A stretch of DNA of 64,000 bases, from contig OZ252244.1 of the NCBI GenBank assembly GCA_965249575.1, forward strand, positions 480,001-544,000, written 5' to 3'. Of this stretch, positions 40,019 to 50,056 are shown piece by piece. Made by a program: the position numbers and the translations under genes. Numbering within the stretch: position 1 is the stretch's first letter; each line of letters begins with the position of its first letter. The DNA is from Gemmatimonadales bacterium (GTDB lineage: Bacteria; Gemmatimonadota; Gemmatimonadetes; Gemmatimonadales; GWC2-71-9). The notes beneath the pieces were generated by a model. That model was not told the origin of the DNA. It was given only the letters and a program-made list of their open reading frames with translations, and searched no databases.

Positions 40019-41980
40019 CTACTCCGGACTCGACGTGCCCCCCGCAGCCAGGTCCGCCGTCGTCGTCGCGTCGTCCTTCAGGAACTTGTCGAAGAACGCC
40101 AGCATGTCCTTGAGAACCTGTTGCACGTTGTCCTTCCGGTACACGTAGTACGTCTCGTGCGGGTACGTGTTGTACTGAACGACCTTGTTGAACCTGCTCA
40201 TTTCCTCGGCAAACTTGAGCGCCGGGTAGTGCTTGTCGAAGCGGTTCAGCCCGTATCCGTGAATGAACATGGTCGGGGCGGTGGCATCTCTGGCCTTCAA
40301 GATCGACGAGCTGCGGCGGTAGATGGAGTCGACCTCCGGCGTCGAGGGCCACTTGCCGAGCTCGTAGCTCAGCAGCTTCGAGTGCGACTGTACCAGCACT
40401 TTCGTGTGGAACTCCCGCACGTCTCCGTAGCCCGAGCCGGAGATTGCCGCCTGGAACACGCCCGGTGCGAACGCCACGGCATACATGGTCATCATGCCCC
40501 CATAGCTGATGCCCGTGATGCCGATTTTCTCGGGATTGATGTACGGTTGCTTCTTCCCCCACGCGACCCCGGCGATCGCGTCCCGCAGGTCTCCGTGCCC
40601 CCAATCCCGGTTGTTCGCATCCTCGAACGCTTTGCCGTAGCCCGAGCTGCCCCGCACGTTCGGCGCCAGCACGGCGTACCCCCGGCTCGTGAAGAACTGC
40701 GGATAGATCTGATAGGTGTCCCGAAATTGTGATGTGGGGCCGCCGTGCACGTTCATGATCAGCGGCACGCGCTCGCCGGCCCGTAGGTTCTTCGGCTTGT
40801 ACAGGTACGCGTTGATCGTGTAGCCCTCGTTCTCCCAGCTCACCTTTTCGGGCGTGATCAGCTCAGACGCGAGGTTGCCCCCGGGATCCGAGAACGTGAG
40901 CTGGGTCGTCTCGCCTCCACCCGCGGCGACGACGTACAGATCCTCGGCTCTCGTGGGCGTTCCCAAGGTGAAGGAAATCCGGCGACCGTCCGGCGACCAC
41001 TCCGCCCGAGATACACCACCCATGCTCGGCGCGACGAGCGTCTTCGCTTGGCTACCGCTCGCGGCAACGACCTTCAGGCTCTGGGTGCCGTTGGTGATCG
41101 AGAGGAACAGGATGCTCCTGCCCTCCGGCGACCACCGCGCCTCGCTCTGGTCCGCATCCTCCGCTGCGATCTGGCGCGGCTCGCCGCCGGCCAGAGAAGC
41201 GATCCAGAAGTTCGCCCACCCGCTGCGCTGGGACCGGAAGAGAATGCTCCCACCGTCGGGGGACACGCGGGCGAACCCGAACTTGGCGCCGTTGCCGTAG
41301 TCAAAATAGTCCTTGTCGGACAGGACCAGACGGGCCACCCCGCCGTCCGCCGGGAGCTCGAACACATCGTGATCCACCCAGTCGTCGTCCATCCGGGTGT
41401 AGATGATCTTGCTCCCGTCCGGCGTCCATGATGGGAACACATCTTCCCGCATGTCCGTCGTGAGGCGCTTGGCATGTCCATCCGCGACTGACACGGTCCA
41501 GATGTCGGTGCTGCCATACCGGTTACCGGCGAACGCGATGGTACGCCCGTCGGGAGAGAAGCTATAGGCTCGAATGCGCGCCCCGAGGTTCGTCAGGCGC
41601 CGCACGGAGCCGTCGGCAACGTCCAAAAGGTGGATCTCGGCGCTACCGTCAGCGCCCCTGACGAACCCGAGGTGCCTACCGTCCGGCGACCACTGAAGCT
41701 GCAACGTCGCGCGCGAAAAGACCCCGCCAGCCACCCCCTGCGCCAGGCGGGTGGGGAACCCCCCGTCCGGGTTGATCGTCCACAATCCCCCGTCGAGCCC
41801 GCCGAGGAACACGATCTTCGATCCATCGGGCGACCAGAGCGGGGCATCCCGACCACCAACCAGCGAGTTGACCGACTGCAGCTGGTCGATCGACAGCATT
41901 CCGCGTTCCTGTGCGGCAATCGGGCTGACGACGAGGGTCATCAGCAACGCACCCAACGCGGTGCGAGTTACTCGTGACAT
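40019..41980 (-). CDS. S9 prolyl oligopeptidase-family protein with TolB-like propeller
   Basis: Signal peptide, WSPDG repeats, VHGGP, NVRGSSGYG, GISYGG. Confidence 0.9.
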   Translation of the reverse strand: MSRVTRTALGALLMTLVVSPIAAQERGMLSIDQLQSVNSLVGGRDAPLWSPDGSKIVFLGGLDGGLWTINPDGGFPTRLAQGVAGGVFSRATLQLQWSPDGRHLGFVRGADGSAEIHLLDVADGSVRRLTNLGARIRAYSFSPDGRTIAFAGNRYGSTDIWTVSVADGHAKRLTTDMREDVFPSWTPDGSKIIYTRMDDDWVDHDVFELPADGGVARLVLSDKDYFDYGNGAKFGFARVSPDGGSILFRSQRSGWANFWIASLAGGEPRQIAAEDADQSEARWSPEGRSILFLSITNGTQSLKVVAASGSQAKTLVAPSMGGVSRAEWSPDGRRISFTLGTPTRAEDLYVVAAGGGETTQLTFSDPGGNLASELITPEKVSWENEGYTINAYLYKPKNLRAGERVPLIMNVHGGPTSQFRDTYQIYPQFFTSRGYAVLAPNVRGSSGYGKAFEDANNRDWGHGDLRDAIAGVAWGKKQPYINPEKIGITGISYGGMMTMYAVAFAPGVFQAAISGSGYGDVREFHTKVLVQSHSKLLSYELGKWPSTPEVDSIYRRSSSILKARDATAPTMFIHGYGLNRFDKHYPALKFAEEMSRFNKVVQYNTYPHETYYVYRKDNVQQVLKDMLAFFDKFLKDDATTTADLAAGGTSSPE

Positions 41981-42063
41981 AGTGGAACCATCCTCCCATA
42001 GGGGTTGCTAATGCCGTGACGTCCTGCACCGTTGCAAAAGGACTGCGTCTGGAAGCCTCTTCC

Positions 42064-42582
42064 CTACAGAGCGCCGACTATCGAAAGGGCAACCGTTAGA
42101 ATGAGGAGCTGAACCCCCCAACCGATCACGCAAACACCGATCGCGCGCCACGTGCTCGTGTAGTCAAGGGCCTGTCGGACGGCGATCACCATCGCTACGA
42201 GCATCCATATGCCCGCGGCAAGAAAGAGCAGGGCGCGGAGGCCCGGGATGATCCCTAAGACCCGAATCAATCCCGGCGCGCTGGAAAAGCCGATCGTGCG
42301 CAGCAATTCCCTATGATCCGCCCTGGTCTGTGGCTCTGGCAGGAATTTTGTTCCTATGAAATAGGTGAGAAAGGCCCAGACGTACCATCCGATCAGAGCC
42401 CCAAACATACCGATGACGATTCCGAGCAGGCCCACATTCGCGCTCCCTATCCCAGCAGCTACTGCGGACAGGATGACCACACTCATGGCTTGAGCCATCG
42501 CACCTTGATCGGCCTCCACCTCCTCATACAGCTGAACGTCCAGTTTAGCGGCGCGAAGCATACGCTCCTGGAGACTAGCCAC
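42064..42582 (-). CDS. Yip1-domain membrane protein
   Basis: GGAGA RBS, 'LYEEVEAD', 'LRTIGFSSAPG', 'AVRQALDY'. Confidence 0.85.
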   Translation of the reverse strand: MASLQERMLRAAKLDVQLYEEVEADQGAMAQAMSVVILSAVAAGIGSANVGLLGIVIGMFGALIGWYVWAFLTYFIGTKFLPEPQTRADHRELLRTIGFSSAPGLIRVLGIIPGLRALLFLAAGIWMLVAMVIAVRQALDYTSTWRAIGVCVIGWGVQLLILTVALSIVGAL

Positions 42583-42739
42583 GCTTTTCTCCGATCGGAT
42601 CACTGTGTGGAGGGTCAGTCGGTCGGTACACATTCCTCTACCTGCGTCGGCGACCAAACGGGGGGAATGTTAATCCCAAAGATGGATCCATGAAGGAGTG
42701 CCCGCTAGAGGCGCAGGTGTGTAGGCAACACTCGGCCGG

Positions 42740-42832
42740 GAGACCGTGGCCATACCGCCCGCGCCGAGACTCGCGCTCGATGCGGTAACGGTCGGCGAGG
42801 GCGGTGGTGAGGCGTGCCAGGAGATCAGTCAC
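42740..42832 (-). pseudogene. Ser/Thr kinase 5' stub
   Basis: VTDLLARLTTALADRYRIERE, 1-nt insertion, LGAGGMATV, then breaks. Confidence 0.85.
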
Positions 42833-42869
42833 GCCCTTTACCATGCGGCGCCGTGTGCTGCAACCAACC

Positions 42870-44012
42870 TCACCGGCGCGGCTCCCCACCCAGCCGTTCC
42901 AGCGCGCCGCGCGCCTCCTCCACCAGCGGCTGGAGCTCGGGCTCGGCGTGGCGCCAAGCGTCGAGAACGTACGAGTAGGCGTTGATCGCCTCGTCTCGGT
43001 TGTCGAGGGTCTCGCTCACCCGCCCACGCTCGAGTGCCCAGATCGTCCTGAGTGGGAAGGTGGCATTGTCAATGGGAGACGCCAGACGGACTGCGGCTTC
43101 CCGATCCCTGCCTCGGGCCCGATTTGAACCGGGCGCTCGACACGCCCGGAACCGGCACCGTCCCTCCACTGGGCGTCGTCAGGGCCTCGAGCTGGGTCAG
43201 CAACTCGTCCGCCGACTGCCACCGGTCGGCGGGTTTCTTCTCGAGGCACTTCATGACCAACCGGGCGAGCGGGGGGGGCACGGTCGCCCGGAATTTTGTG
43301 ATTGGTTCGGGCGCCTCTGTCACGTGCGCCGACAGCACCATCTGCGGCGTGGTGCCGGTGAAGGGCGGGCGTCCCGCCAAGAGCTCGTAGGCAAGAACAC
43401 CCACCGCATAGATGTCCGCCCGGTGGTCGATGTGCGGATCGGCAACCGCCTGCTCGGGGGCCATGTAGGCGGGTGTCCCCAGAGCCACGCCTGCGGTCGT
43501 GAGCTCCTGCCGTCCGGTGGCCTCGCTGACGGCCTTGGCGACACCAAAGTCGGTCACCAGCGCGTGGCGACCCGAAAGCATCACGTTGTCGGGCTTGATG
43601 TCTCGGTGGACGACGCCTTCTTCGTGAGCGTGGGCCAGGGCATCCACGACGTCCCGCAGCAGCCGCACCGCGTCGGCGACGGGTAGCTCGCCCTCCTTGG
43701 CCAGCTTCTCTCGCAGGGACTGGCCCTTCTCATACGGCATCACGTAGTACAGGAAGCCGTCGGCCTCGCCCGAATCGTAGAGCGGCAAGATATGAGGGTG
43801 GTGAAGCTGGGCTGCGATCTCGATCTCGCGAAGGAAACGATCAGCACCTAGCGCGGCGGCCAGGTCTGGCCCAGCACTTTGACCGCCACCTGGCGATGAT
43901 GCTTCAGGTCCTCGGCGAGATAGACGGTGGCCATCCCGCCTGCGCCGAGTTCGCGCTCGATCGCGTACCGGTCAGCGAGAGCGGTTTTTAGACGGTCGAA
44001 GGTGTTGGCCAT
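42870..44012 (-). pseudogene. Ser/Thr kinase-TPR gene, frameshifted (~43870) and internally deleted
   Basis: Full kinase motifs (HRDIKPDN, DFG, YMAPEQ), then a jump to a TPR-type tail 'DAWRHAEPELQPLV'. Confidence 0.85.
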
Positions 44013-44040
44013 GTGGGCCTAAGATGCGGTGCGATGCGCT

Positions 44041-44264
44041 TGTTGGGGAGTCCCGGGCTGGAGTGCCAGCGAATGCAGAATGCAGATTGCAAATTGCAGA
44101 TCTCAGATTGCCCTTTCACCCCCCGGCGTAGTAGTGCGTGCCCAATCTGAAAATTTCTTTCCGTCTTGTTGGGCAGTCCCGGGCTGACGAGCCCGGGCTC
44201 GGCCCTGGTGCGTCCTGTAAGGACGCGGTTCTTGGCCGAGCGCGCCCTTCAGGGCGGGACTGCC
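44041..44264. repeat. REP-like multi-hairpin element plus heptamer repeats
   Basis: 20-bp direct repeat (44041 and 44167, one mismatch); GAATGCA-type heptamers at 44071-44112; nested stems at 44172-44264. Confidence 0.6.
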
Positions 44265-44378
44265 ACGCACGCCGGGGATTGGATTTCAGGCGGCTAGACG
44301 AATCAGCGGGTACACCGGGGCACCGTCCCTGAACCGAGAGCGGCGCTGAGGCGCTCGAGTGGGCCGTCCGGAGATGCG

Positions 44379-46127
44379 CTACGGATCGAGCCCGACACGC
44401 CGCATCAACGAGAGGTACCTAGGATCCGACCGAAGCGGATCGTAGAGGGGGTGCCGCATATCGTACAGGAAGGATTCGGAACGCTGTTCATAAGCGGCCT
44501 CGAAACGCGCGAAGACAGAATCGATGGCCCCCGCAATCATGTAGGTGAGCGCGCCGACCGACGCCTCGGCGAAAGGCGAGCCGGGTGCTTCCCGCTCCAA
44601 CCTGCCCATGACGGCTACCAGCTCACGCGCGGTCGACGGATCGCGCCACGCGTTGACGAACTCCGCGGCGAAGGGCAAACCACCCGCCTCAAAGGCCTGC
44701 AGCGCCTCGTCGAATTCTCCCTGCAACCCCAGGACGGTGGCTACGCCGAAGTGGCCAAACACAAAGGTCGGCACGAGCTCGATGCTCTCCCGCTCCCGCG
44801 CCAGGGCGTCCTCCAGTCGTCCCGCATAGAGCAGCGCACCACCCAGAACATGACGCGCCACGGGCGACGCCGGGTCCAACGCCACCGCCCGCTCGCCGTG
44901 CGTGATGGCCTCCTCGATCCGTCCGGTGATCTGGAGCATCTCGGTGTACCAATAATGGGCCACCGGATACTCGGGATCCAAGGCGATGGCGCGTTGGAAT
45001 TCCCGGTCCGCGGCATCCCACTGCCAGGCGCCGTATCCGAGAATGTTGCCGAGGGACGCATGGGCCGCGGCGAGGGTGCTGTCGAGCCCGATAGCGCGCC
45101 GGGCCGCCGCCTCGGCGCGCTCATACGCCTCTCTCCGCGAAACGTCCGGAACCGCGTAGTAGCCAAAGAGAGAATAGGAGTCAGCCAAGCCCGTGTACGC
45201 TTCCGCGAACCCCGAATCCCGATCGACGGCTTCGTGAAAATATGCGGCGGCGCGCTGGAGATCCTCCGTGGTCCGTTTGTTCCAGTGAAACCGCCCCAGG
45301 AGATACGCATCGTGCGCGGCGCCATCCGCGGTGGTCACGTCCCGCACCGCTGCGCTCTCCGATCCCAACAAGGTCACGTCCAGGGCTGCCGCCACCTGCT
45401 CGGCGATTTCGGCCTGCACGGCAAAGACCTCGCCTGGCGCAAGGCTCGCCGTATACCGATCCGTCCACAGATGCGTATCGTCCGAAACGCGGACGAGCTG
45501 GGGCGTCACGCGGACCTGACCGATATCGTTGGCACGGTCGGTGCGCACCGTCCCTTCGAGCACGTACCCCACGCCCAGTTCGCGGGCGATGTCCTGCAAG
45601 CTCTTGTCGACCCCCTTGTACCGGATCGCGCTGGTGCGCGACACCACGCCGAGCCCCGAGATCTGGGCGAGGCGCGACGTCATCTCTTCGGTGATGCCGC
45701 CAGCGAAGTACTCGTCGTCGGGCGCGCCCAGATTCTCGAACGGCAACACGGCGAGCATCGGACGGTCGCCCGTTGCGGAGCCGCCAAAGATGTTGAAGCC
45801 CGCCGCGAGGACACCCAGTCGCTGCCGTAGCGATTGCCCCTGCTCGTACGGCATCACGTAGTACAGGAAGCCGTCAGCCTCGCCGGAGTCGTGCAGGGGG
45901 AGGATGTGGGGGTGATGCAGCTGGGCGGCGATCTTGATCTCGCGGAGAAACCGCTCGGGACCAAGCGCTGCCGCGAGTTCCGGCCGCAATACCTTCACCG
46001 CGACGTGGCGATCGTGCCTCACGTCTAGGGCCAGATAGACGGTGGCCATCCCGCCCGCGCCGAGCTCCCGCTCGATAGCGTACCGGTCGGCTAATGCTGT
46101 CTTGAGACGGTCGAGGAGGTCCGACAC
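44379..46127 (-). CDS. kinase N-lobe fused in frame to a TolB-N-like/TPR sensor (C-lobe missing)
   Basis: VAVK and YYVMPY present; HRD, DFG and APE absent; continues directly to LAVLPFENLG and TPRs. Confidence 0.85.
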   Translation of the reverse strand: MSDLLDRLKTALADRYAIERELGAGGMATVYLALDVRHDRHVAVKVLRPELAAALGPERFLREIKIAAQLHHPHILPLHDSGEADGFLYYVMPYEQGQSLRQRLGVLAAGFNIFGGSATGDRPMLAVLPFENLGAPDDEYFAGGITEEMTSRLAQISGLGVVSRTSAIRYKGVDKSLQDIARELGVGYVLEGTVRTDRANDIGQVRVTPQLVRVSDDTHLWTDRYTASLAPGEVFAVQAEIAEQVAAALDVTLLGSESAAVRDVTTADGAAHDAYLLGRFHWNKRTTEDLQRAAAYFHEAVDRDSGFAEAYTGLADSYSLFGYYAVPDVSRREAYERAEAAARRAIGLDSTLAAAHASLGNILGYGAWQWDAADREFQRAIALDPEYPVAHYWYTEMLQITGRIEEAITHGERAVALDPASPVARHVLGGALLYAGRLEDALARERESIELVPTFVFGHFGVATVLGLQGEFDEALQAFEAGGLPFAAEFVNAWRDPSTARELVAVMGRLEREAPGSPFAEASVGALTYMIAGAIDSVFARFEAAYEQRSESFLYDMRHPLYDPLRSDPRYLSLMRRVGLDP

Positions 46128-46190
46128 CGCACCACGCTTGTCGGTGACCTGACTAGGATACGGCACAGCGCCTCAGGCGGCCAGGGTGAG
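46128..46190 (-). promoter_or_regulatory. conserved kinase promoter/leader, copy 1 of 3
   Basis: CACCCTGGCCGCCT...CCGTATCCTA...GGTCAC; similar copies at ~52709-52768 and ~58545-58605. Confidence 0.65.
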
Positions 46191-46210
46191 AAGCCCTGCC
46201 GGCAACGTTG

Positions 46211-46241
46211 GGGGTGTCCAAGGTTTGGTACAAGGTTGGGA
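46211..46241 (+). repeat. 31-bp exact direct repeat, copy 2
   Basis: Identical to 39761-39791. Confidence 0.9.
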
Positions 46242-46282
46242 TGCGGAAGCCGCTTCGCTGAGTGCGCTGACCCAGAGAAGAC

Positions 46283-46678
46283 CTACGGTGCCCCGGGCGG
46301 TACCATGCGCATCCGTCCCTGCCCCCCGACAGGGTCCTTACACCCACCCAAATAGCTCCCGTCGGACTGAAGCATCAGAACGCATGTCTTGACGAGACCG
46401 AAGTTCGTCCAAGTGTAGGACAGTGTGTCCCCCGCGATCCGAATCCCCTCCAGCGGGATGGGGTCGTCCTCGGGCACCTCCCTCATCACGACGTACAACG
46501 AGTCCCCTCGATAGCTGACGTCGTATGTGTTCGGCTTCCTGGGACCGATCGGCGCTTCTATCCAACCTGACCACTCGCCCGAGGTCAACCGCTGCGCATG
46601 CAGCACACTGGAGGCAACCGCCGATCCAGCGAAGAGGATGGAGGCAACAATCTGAGCGCGCATCAGGTTCTCAACCAT
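46283..46678 (-). CDS. small secreted beta-rich hypothetical protein
   Basis: Signal peptide, 'SGEWSG', Cys pair. Confidence 0.65.
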   Translation of the reverse strand: MVENLMRAQIVASILFAGSAVASSVLHAQRLTSGEWSGWIEAPIGPRKPNTYDVSYRGDSLYVVMREVPEDDPIPLEGIRIAGDTLSYTWTNFGLVKTCVLMLQSDGSYLGGCKDPVGGQGRMRMVPPGAP

Positions 46679-46714
46679 ACTCTCCCTCACAAAGCAGCCA
46701 TCCACCACTCGGCG

Positions 46715-49378
46715 TTACCGTTCGCCTCCCTGAGCTCCCGTCAGCCGCCGCACCTCCTCGAACCAGTTGAGAGCGACGACGATGGGCCTATCTCCGGTTG
46801 CCGCCTTTTTGAGCAACAGAAAGCGACCGCTGCGAGGGTCGATGTCATACTGAACCTCAGCCCGGTTCGCGACCTTGTAGTAGTCATCCTCGAACAGCAC
46901 CTCTCGCTTCCGGACGCTGAAGCTCGGACCCGTCTCTACAGCGGCGGCCATCATCTCGTACGCCGTCCGATAGAACAGTTCCCGCCCGCCGAGCGACCAC
47001 GCCGGGTCAGTACCACCCTCGACTGATACCTGTGTCTGGCCCGCCGGGTCCGGAAAGCCGCGCACGTAGACTTCATCCCGTCCGGATTGGTCGGACACGT
47101 ACGCAATCCATCGCCCGTCCGGCGAGATTGCGAACAGTCGCTCGTTGAACGCGGTTTGCGCGATTGGACGCGGCGTTCGCTCCCCCTCAAGGAGCAGGGC
47201 CAGGATGTCGGCGTTCCGGCCTTCGACGTTTCCTTCACGAAGGGCCAGCCATTTCCCGTCGGGGGACCATTCGGTCTGCCAGAGGTCGTGCTCCCGCTGA
47301 AGCATCAATCGGGGTGGACCGCTCCCGTCCGCCGGCAGCGAGAACAGACTCTGCAGTGCACCAGTCCGGCTGGAGGAGAACGTGATACGCATTCCGTCGG
47401 GGGTCCATGTGGGCATTCGGCTGCCGGTTCCCTCGAGGGTGCGCAGCGACAGCGTGCGCTGGTCCATGTCATACACCCAGATGTCTCCCTGAATCCCCAC
47501 GGCCAGTCGATCTCCGCTGGGGGAGAACTCCGGGTCTAGAAACGATCGCCTCCCGGCCTCGACAGTCGCTTCAGCGCCGTGGCGATCGACCAGCACCAGC
47601 GTCGTGCCCGTCGCCGCGCCTCCAGCCATGTACGCCAGCGAGCCGTTTCGGGATAGCGCAAGTTCCATGGGCCCCCCAGCACCGTTGCTGACGCTCTCCA
47701 AGAGTGGAATGGCTTGGCCGGTCACGGCGAGGTTGCTGAGATCGAACGGCACGGCCACAACCGAGCCGTCCGACCGAACATAGAGGAGGTGTCCGGTGTC
47801 GATATAGTGTGGATTCGTCCCCACCTCCGGGAGGTGGGCCACTCGTCCCGACGTTAGCGAGACGACCGCAAGATGTGCGTCCGTGAGGCTTCCGGACCAA
47901 GCAGTGAAGACCACGGCGTTACCGCCTGGTAGGATCTCCGGCCACCTGTGACGAGTTTCTCCTTGGGCGGTGTCCGGCACCGTGATCGCTTGAGGTATTC
48001 CCCCAGCAGCCGAAACCCGCATGAGACCCCCTCGGCTCCCGGCACTCCGAGCGAACACAATGACGTCGTCCGGTCCCCAGCTTGCACCGTTGCCGGACCA
48101 CTCCGAAATAACCAACGACGGTCCGCCAGCGGAGGCCACTTTTCTCAGTTGTCCGTTGGCCCCAAATCCCAGCCATTGCCCATCTGGCGAGAAGAACGGT
48201 TGGGAGGCACCCTCGGTGCCGGGAATCGGTCGGGCTTCGAGTTCGTCGATGCCGCGAACGTACAATTGTGGACCATTCTCACCTTGGGCGAGGTACACGA
48301 GACGCGAGCCATCGGGAGCGAGGGCGATGTCCACCCCATTCGGGTTCAGGAATTCCCGGCCCGCAGGCGGTATCACGGCGAAGCGTGCCGGCCCGGGCGA
48401 GGTCACGGGAGCCGGGCGTAGCCAGCCCCAGAGGGCAACGGTTGCCAGCACCGCGGCGAGCCCCAAGGCTGCAACGGAAACCCGCTTCCACGGACCCGAC
48501 GGCATAGCCACTCCTGCCACTGCCTGCGTCGTCGGCAGCGTGAACGCCGGATTCGCCAGTGCCTCGGCAAACTGCGTGGTACGCTGGAACCGATCGGCCG
48601 GGAGCTTCTCCAGCGCCTTCGCGGTCGCGGCCGCCACGTTGGGCGGCACCGACTTCCGCAACTCCGTCACCGGCCGCGCCTCGTCCGTCACGATCTTCAT
48701 GATGATCGCCTGCGCCGACGCCCCCGTGTGCGGCGGCTCGCCGGTCAGCATCTCGTACAGCACGCAGCCCAACGAGTAGACGTCCGAGCGGTGGGTGAGG
48801 TCTTTCTCGGCGGTCGCCTGTTCGGGAGACATGTAGTGCGGCGTGCCGAGGGAGAGTCCGGTCTCGGTCATGCGCCCGCCGGCGGCCGCGCTCACCGCCA
48901 AGGCAATCCCGAAGTCGGCCACCATGGGACGCTCATCGTGGAGCAAGATGTTCTCGGGTTTGATGTCGCGATGGATCACGTTGTGGCGGTGCGCGTAGTC
49001 CAGGGCATCTGCGACTTCGGTCGTGATCTTCACCGCCTCCTCGATGCCCAGCTGGGTCTCGCGATTCAGCTTGTCCCGCAGCGATTCGCCCTCAATGAAG
49101 GGCATGACGTAATAAAGGAAGGAGTCGGCCTGGCCGGAATCAAACAGCGCGAGGATGTGGGGATGCTGCAGGTTGGCGGTGACCTTGATCTCCTGCAGGA
49201 AGCGGTCGGCACCGAGGACGGCGGCGAGTTCGGGACGCAGCACTTTGACCGCCACCTTGCGATGGTGCTTGAGGTCCTCGGCGAGGTAGACCGTGGCCAT
49301 CCCACCCGCACCGAGCTCACGCTCGATGCGGTAGCGGTCAGCGAGGGCGGCGGTGAGGCGGGTGAGTTGGTCCGTCAC
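46715..49378 (-). CDS. Hanks-type Ser/Thr kinase with TM and TolB/WD40 beta-propeller
   Basis: All kinase motifs, TM 'VALWGWL', SPDG repeats, NWFEE tail. Confidence 0.96.
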   Translation of the reverse strand: MTDQLTRLTAALADRYRIERELGAGGMATVYLAEDLKHHRKVAVKVLRPELAAVLGADRFLQEIKVTANLQHPHILALFDSGQADSFLYYVMPFIEGESLRDKLNRETQLGIEEAVKITTEVADALDYAHRHNVIHRDIKPENILLHDERPMVADFGIALAVSAAAGGRMTETGLSLGTPHYMSPEQATAEKDLTHRSDVYSLGCVLYEMLTGEPPHTGASAQAIIMKIVTDEARPVTELRKSVPPNVAAATAKALEKLPADRFQRTTQFAEALANPAFTLPTTQAVAGVAMPSGPWKRVSVAALGLAAVLATVALWGWLRPAPVTSPGPARFAVIPPAGREFLNPNGVDIALAPDGSRLVYLAQGENGPQLYVRGIDELEARPIPGTEGASQPFFSPDGQWLGFGANGQLRKVASAGGPSLVISEWSGNGASWGPDDVIVFARSAGSRGGLMRVSAAGGIPQAITVPDTAQGETRHRWPEILPGGNAVVFTAWSGSLTDAHLAVVSLTSGRVAHLPEVGTNPHYIDTGHLLYVRSDGSVVAVPFDLSNLAVTGQAIPLLESVSNGAGGPMELALSRNGSLAYMAGGAATGTTLVLVDRHGAEATVEAGRRSFLDPEFSPSGDRLAVGIQGDIWVYDMDQRTLSLRTLEGTGSRMPTWTPDGMRITFSSSRTGALQSLFSLPADGSGPPRLMLQREHDLWQTEWSPDGKWLALREGNVEGRNADILALLLEGERTPRPIAQTAFNERLFAISPDGRWIAYVSDQSGRDEVYVRGFPDPAGQTQVSVEGGTDPAWSLGGRELFYRTAYEMMAAAVETGPSFSVRKREVLFEDDYYKVANRAEVQYDIDPRSGRFLLLKKAATGDRPIVVALNWFEEVRRLTGAQGGER

Positions 49379-49460
49379 GGGGTTCCTGGTTCCCCCATCC
49401 TCCGCCGCACTTCCTCGAACCAGTTCACGACGTACGTCAACTGCCTGCGCCCACCAGCGT
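49375..49460 (-). pseudogene. kinase-TolB 3' stub
   Basis: RQLTYVVNWFEEVRRRMGEPGTP*; GTGA-coupled to the next kinase. Confidence 0.8.
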
Positions 49461-49495
49461 CCTGTCTTCTCGTTCTCATCAGCAAGCCCCCGCCC

Positions 49496-49798
49496 TCAGG
49501 TGCTCGGGGGAACAAACTGCTTGGCGAGAACGAGGCTGCTATTATCGCACGAATCAAGGCGAATCTTCTTGACCGCTTCGTAGGCGGGATCGGTGTACCA
49601 ACCTAGAGCAGCCTCTGCTGACTTGAACCTCAACACCACGTAAACGCTGCGCTTCTCGCCTTCAAGGGGTTGGGCATCGTACTCGGCGGCAAGGATCTCC
49701 GCTCCGTGCTTCTGCAATAGCGGTACCACCCCAGGCACGTAGCCTTCATACACCTTGGGGTCAACGATGTCATAACTGGCGATGATGTAGGCGGTCAT
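49496..49798 (-). CDS. DUF1330 domain protein
   Basis: AAGGAG RBS; 'MTAYII...D...Y...KHGA...LEG...F.S...A..WY.DP.Y'. Confidence 0.9.
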   Translation of the reverse strand: MTAYIIASYDIVDPKVYEGYVPGVVPLLQKHGAEILAAEYDAQPLEGEKRSVYVVLRFKSAEAALGWYTDPAYEAVKKIRLDSCDNSSLVLAKQFVPPST

Positions 49799-49899
49799 AG
49801 CATGCTCCTTTTGTCGAACACATTGATTCCATGAGGCCAGAGCGTCCACCCGACGCAGGCTGGCAGAACGTTCTCGAGGGGCGGCCAGTTAGAGTCGCA

Positions 49900-50039
49900 G
49901 CACTCTTGACGGCCACCTTCCGCTTGTGCTTCAAGTCCTCGGCGAGGTAGACGGTGGCCATTCCGCCAGCACCGAGCTCGCGCTCGATGCGATAGCGGTC
50001 GGCCAGGGCAGACGTGAGACGGGTGAGGAGATCAGACAG
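49900..50039 (-). pseudogene. Ser/Thr kinase 5' stub
   Basis: [44 protein letters not shown], then breaks. Confidence 0.85.
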
Positions 50040-50056
50040 GCACTAGCTCAGGGCAC

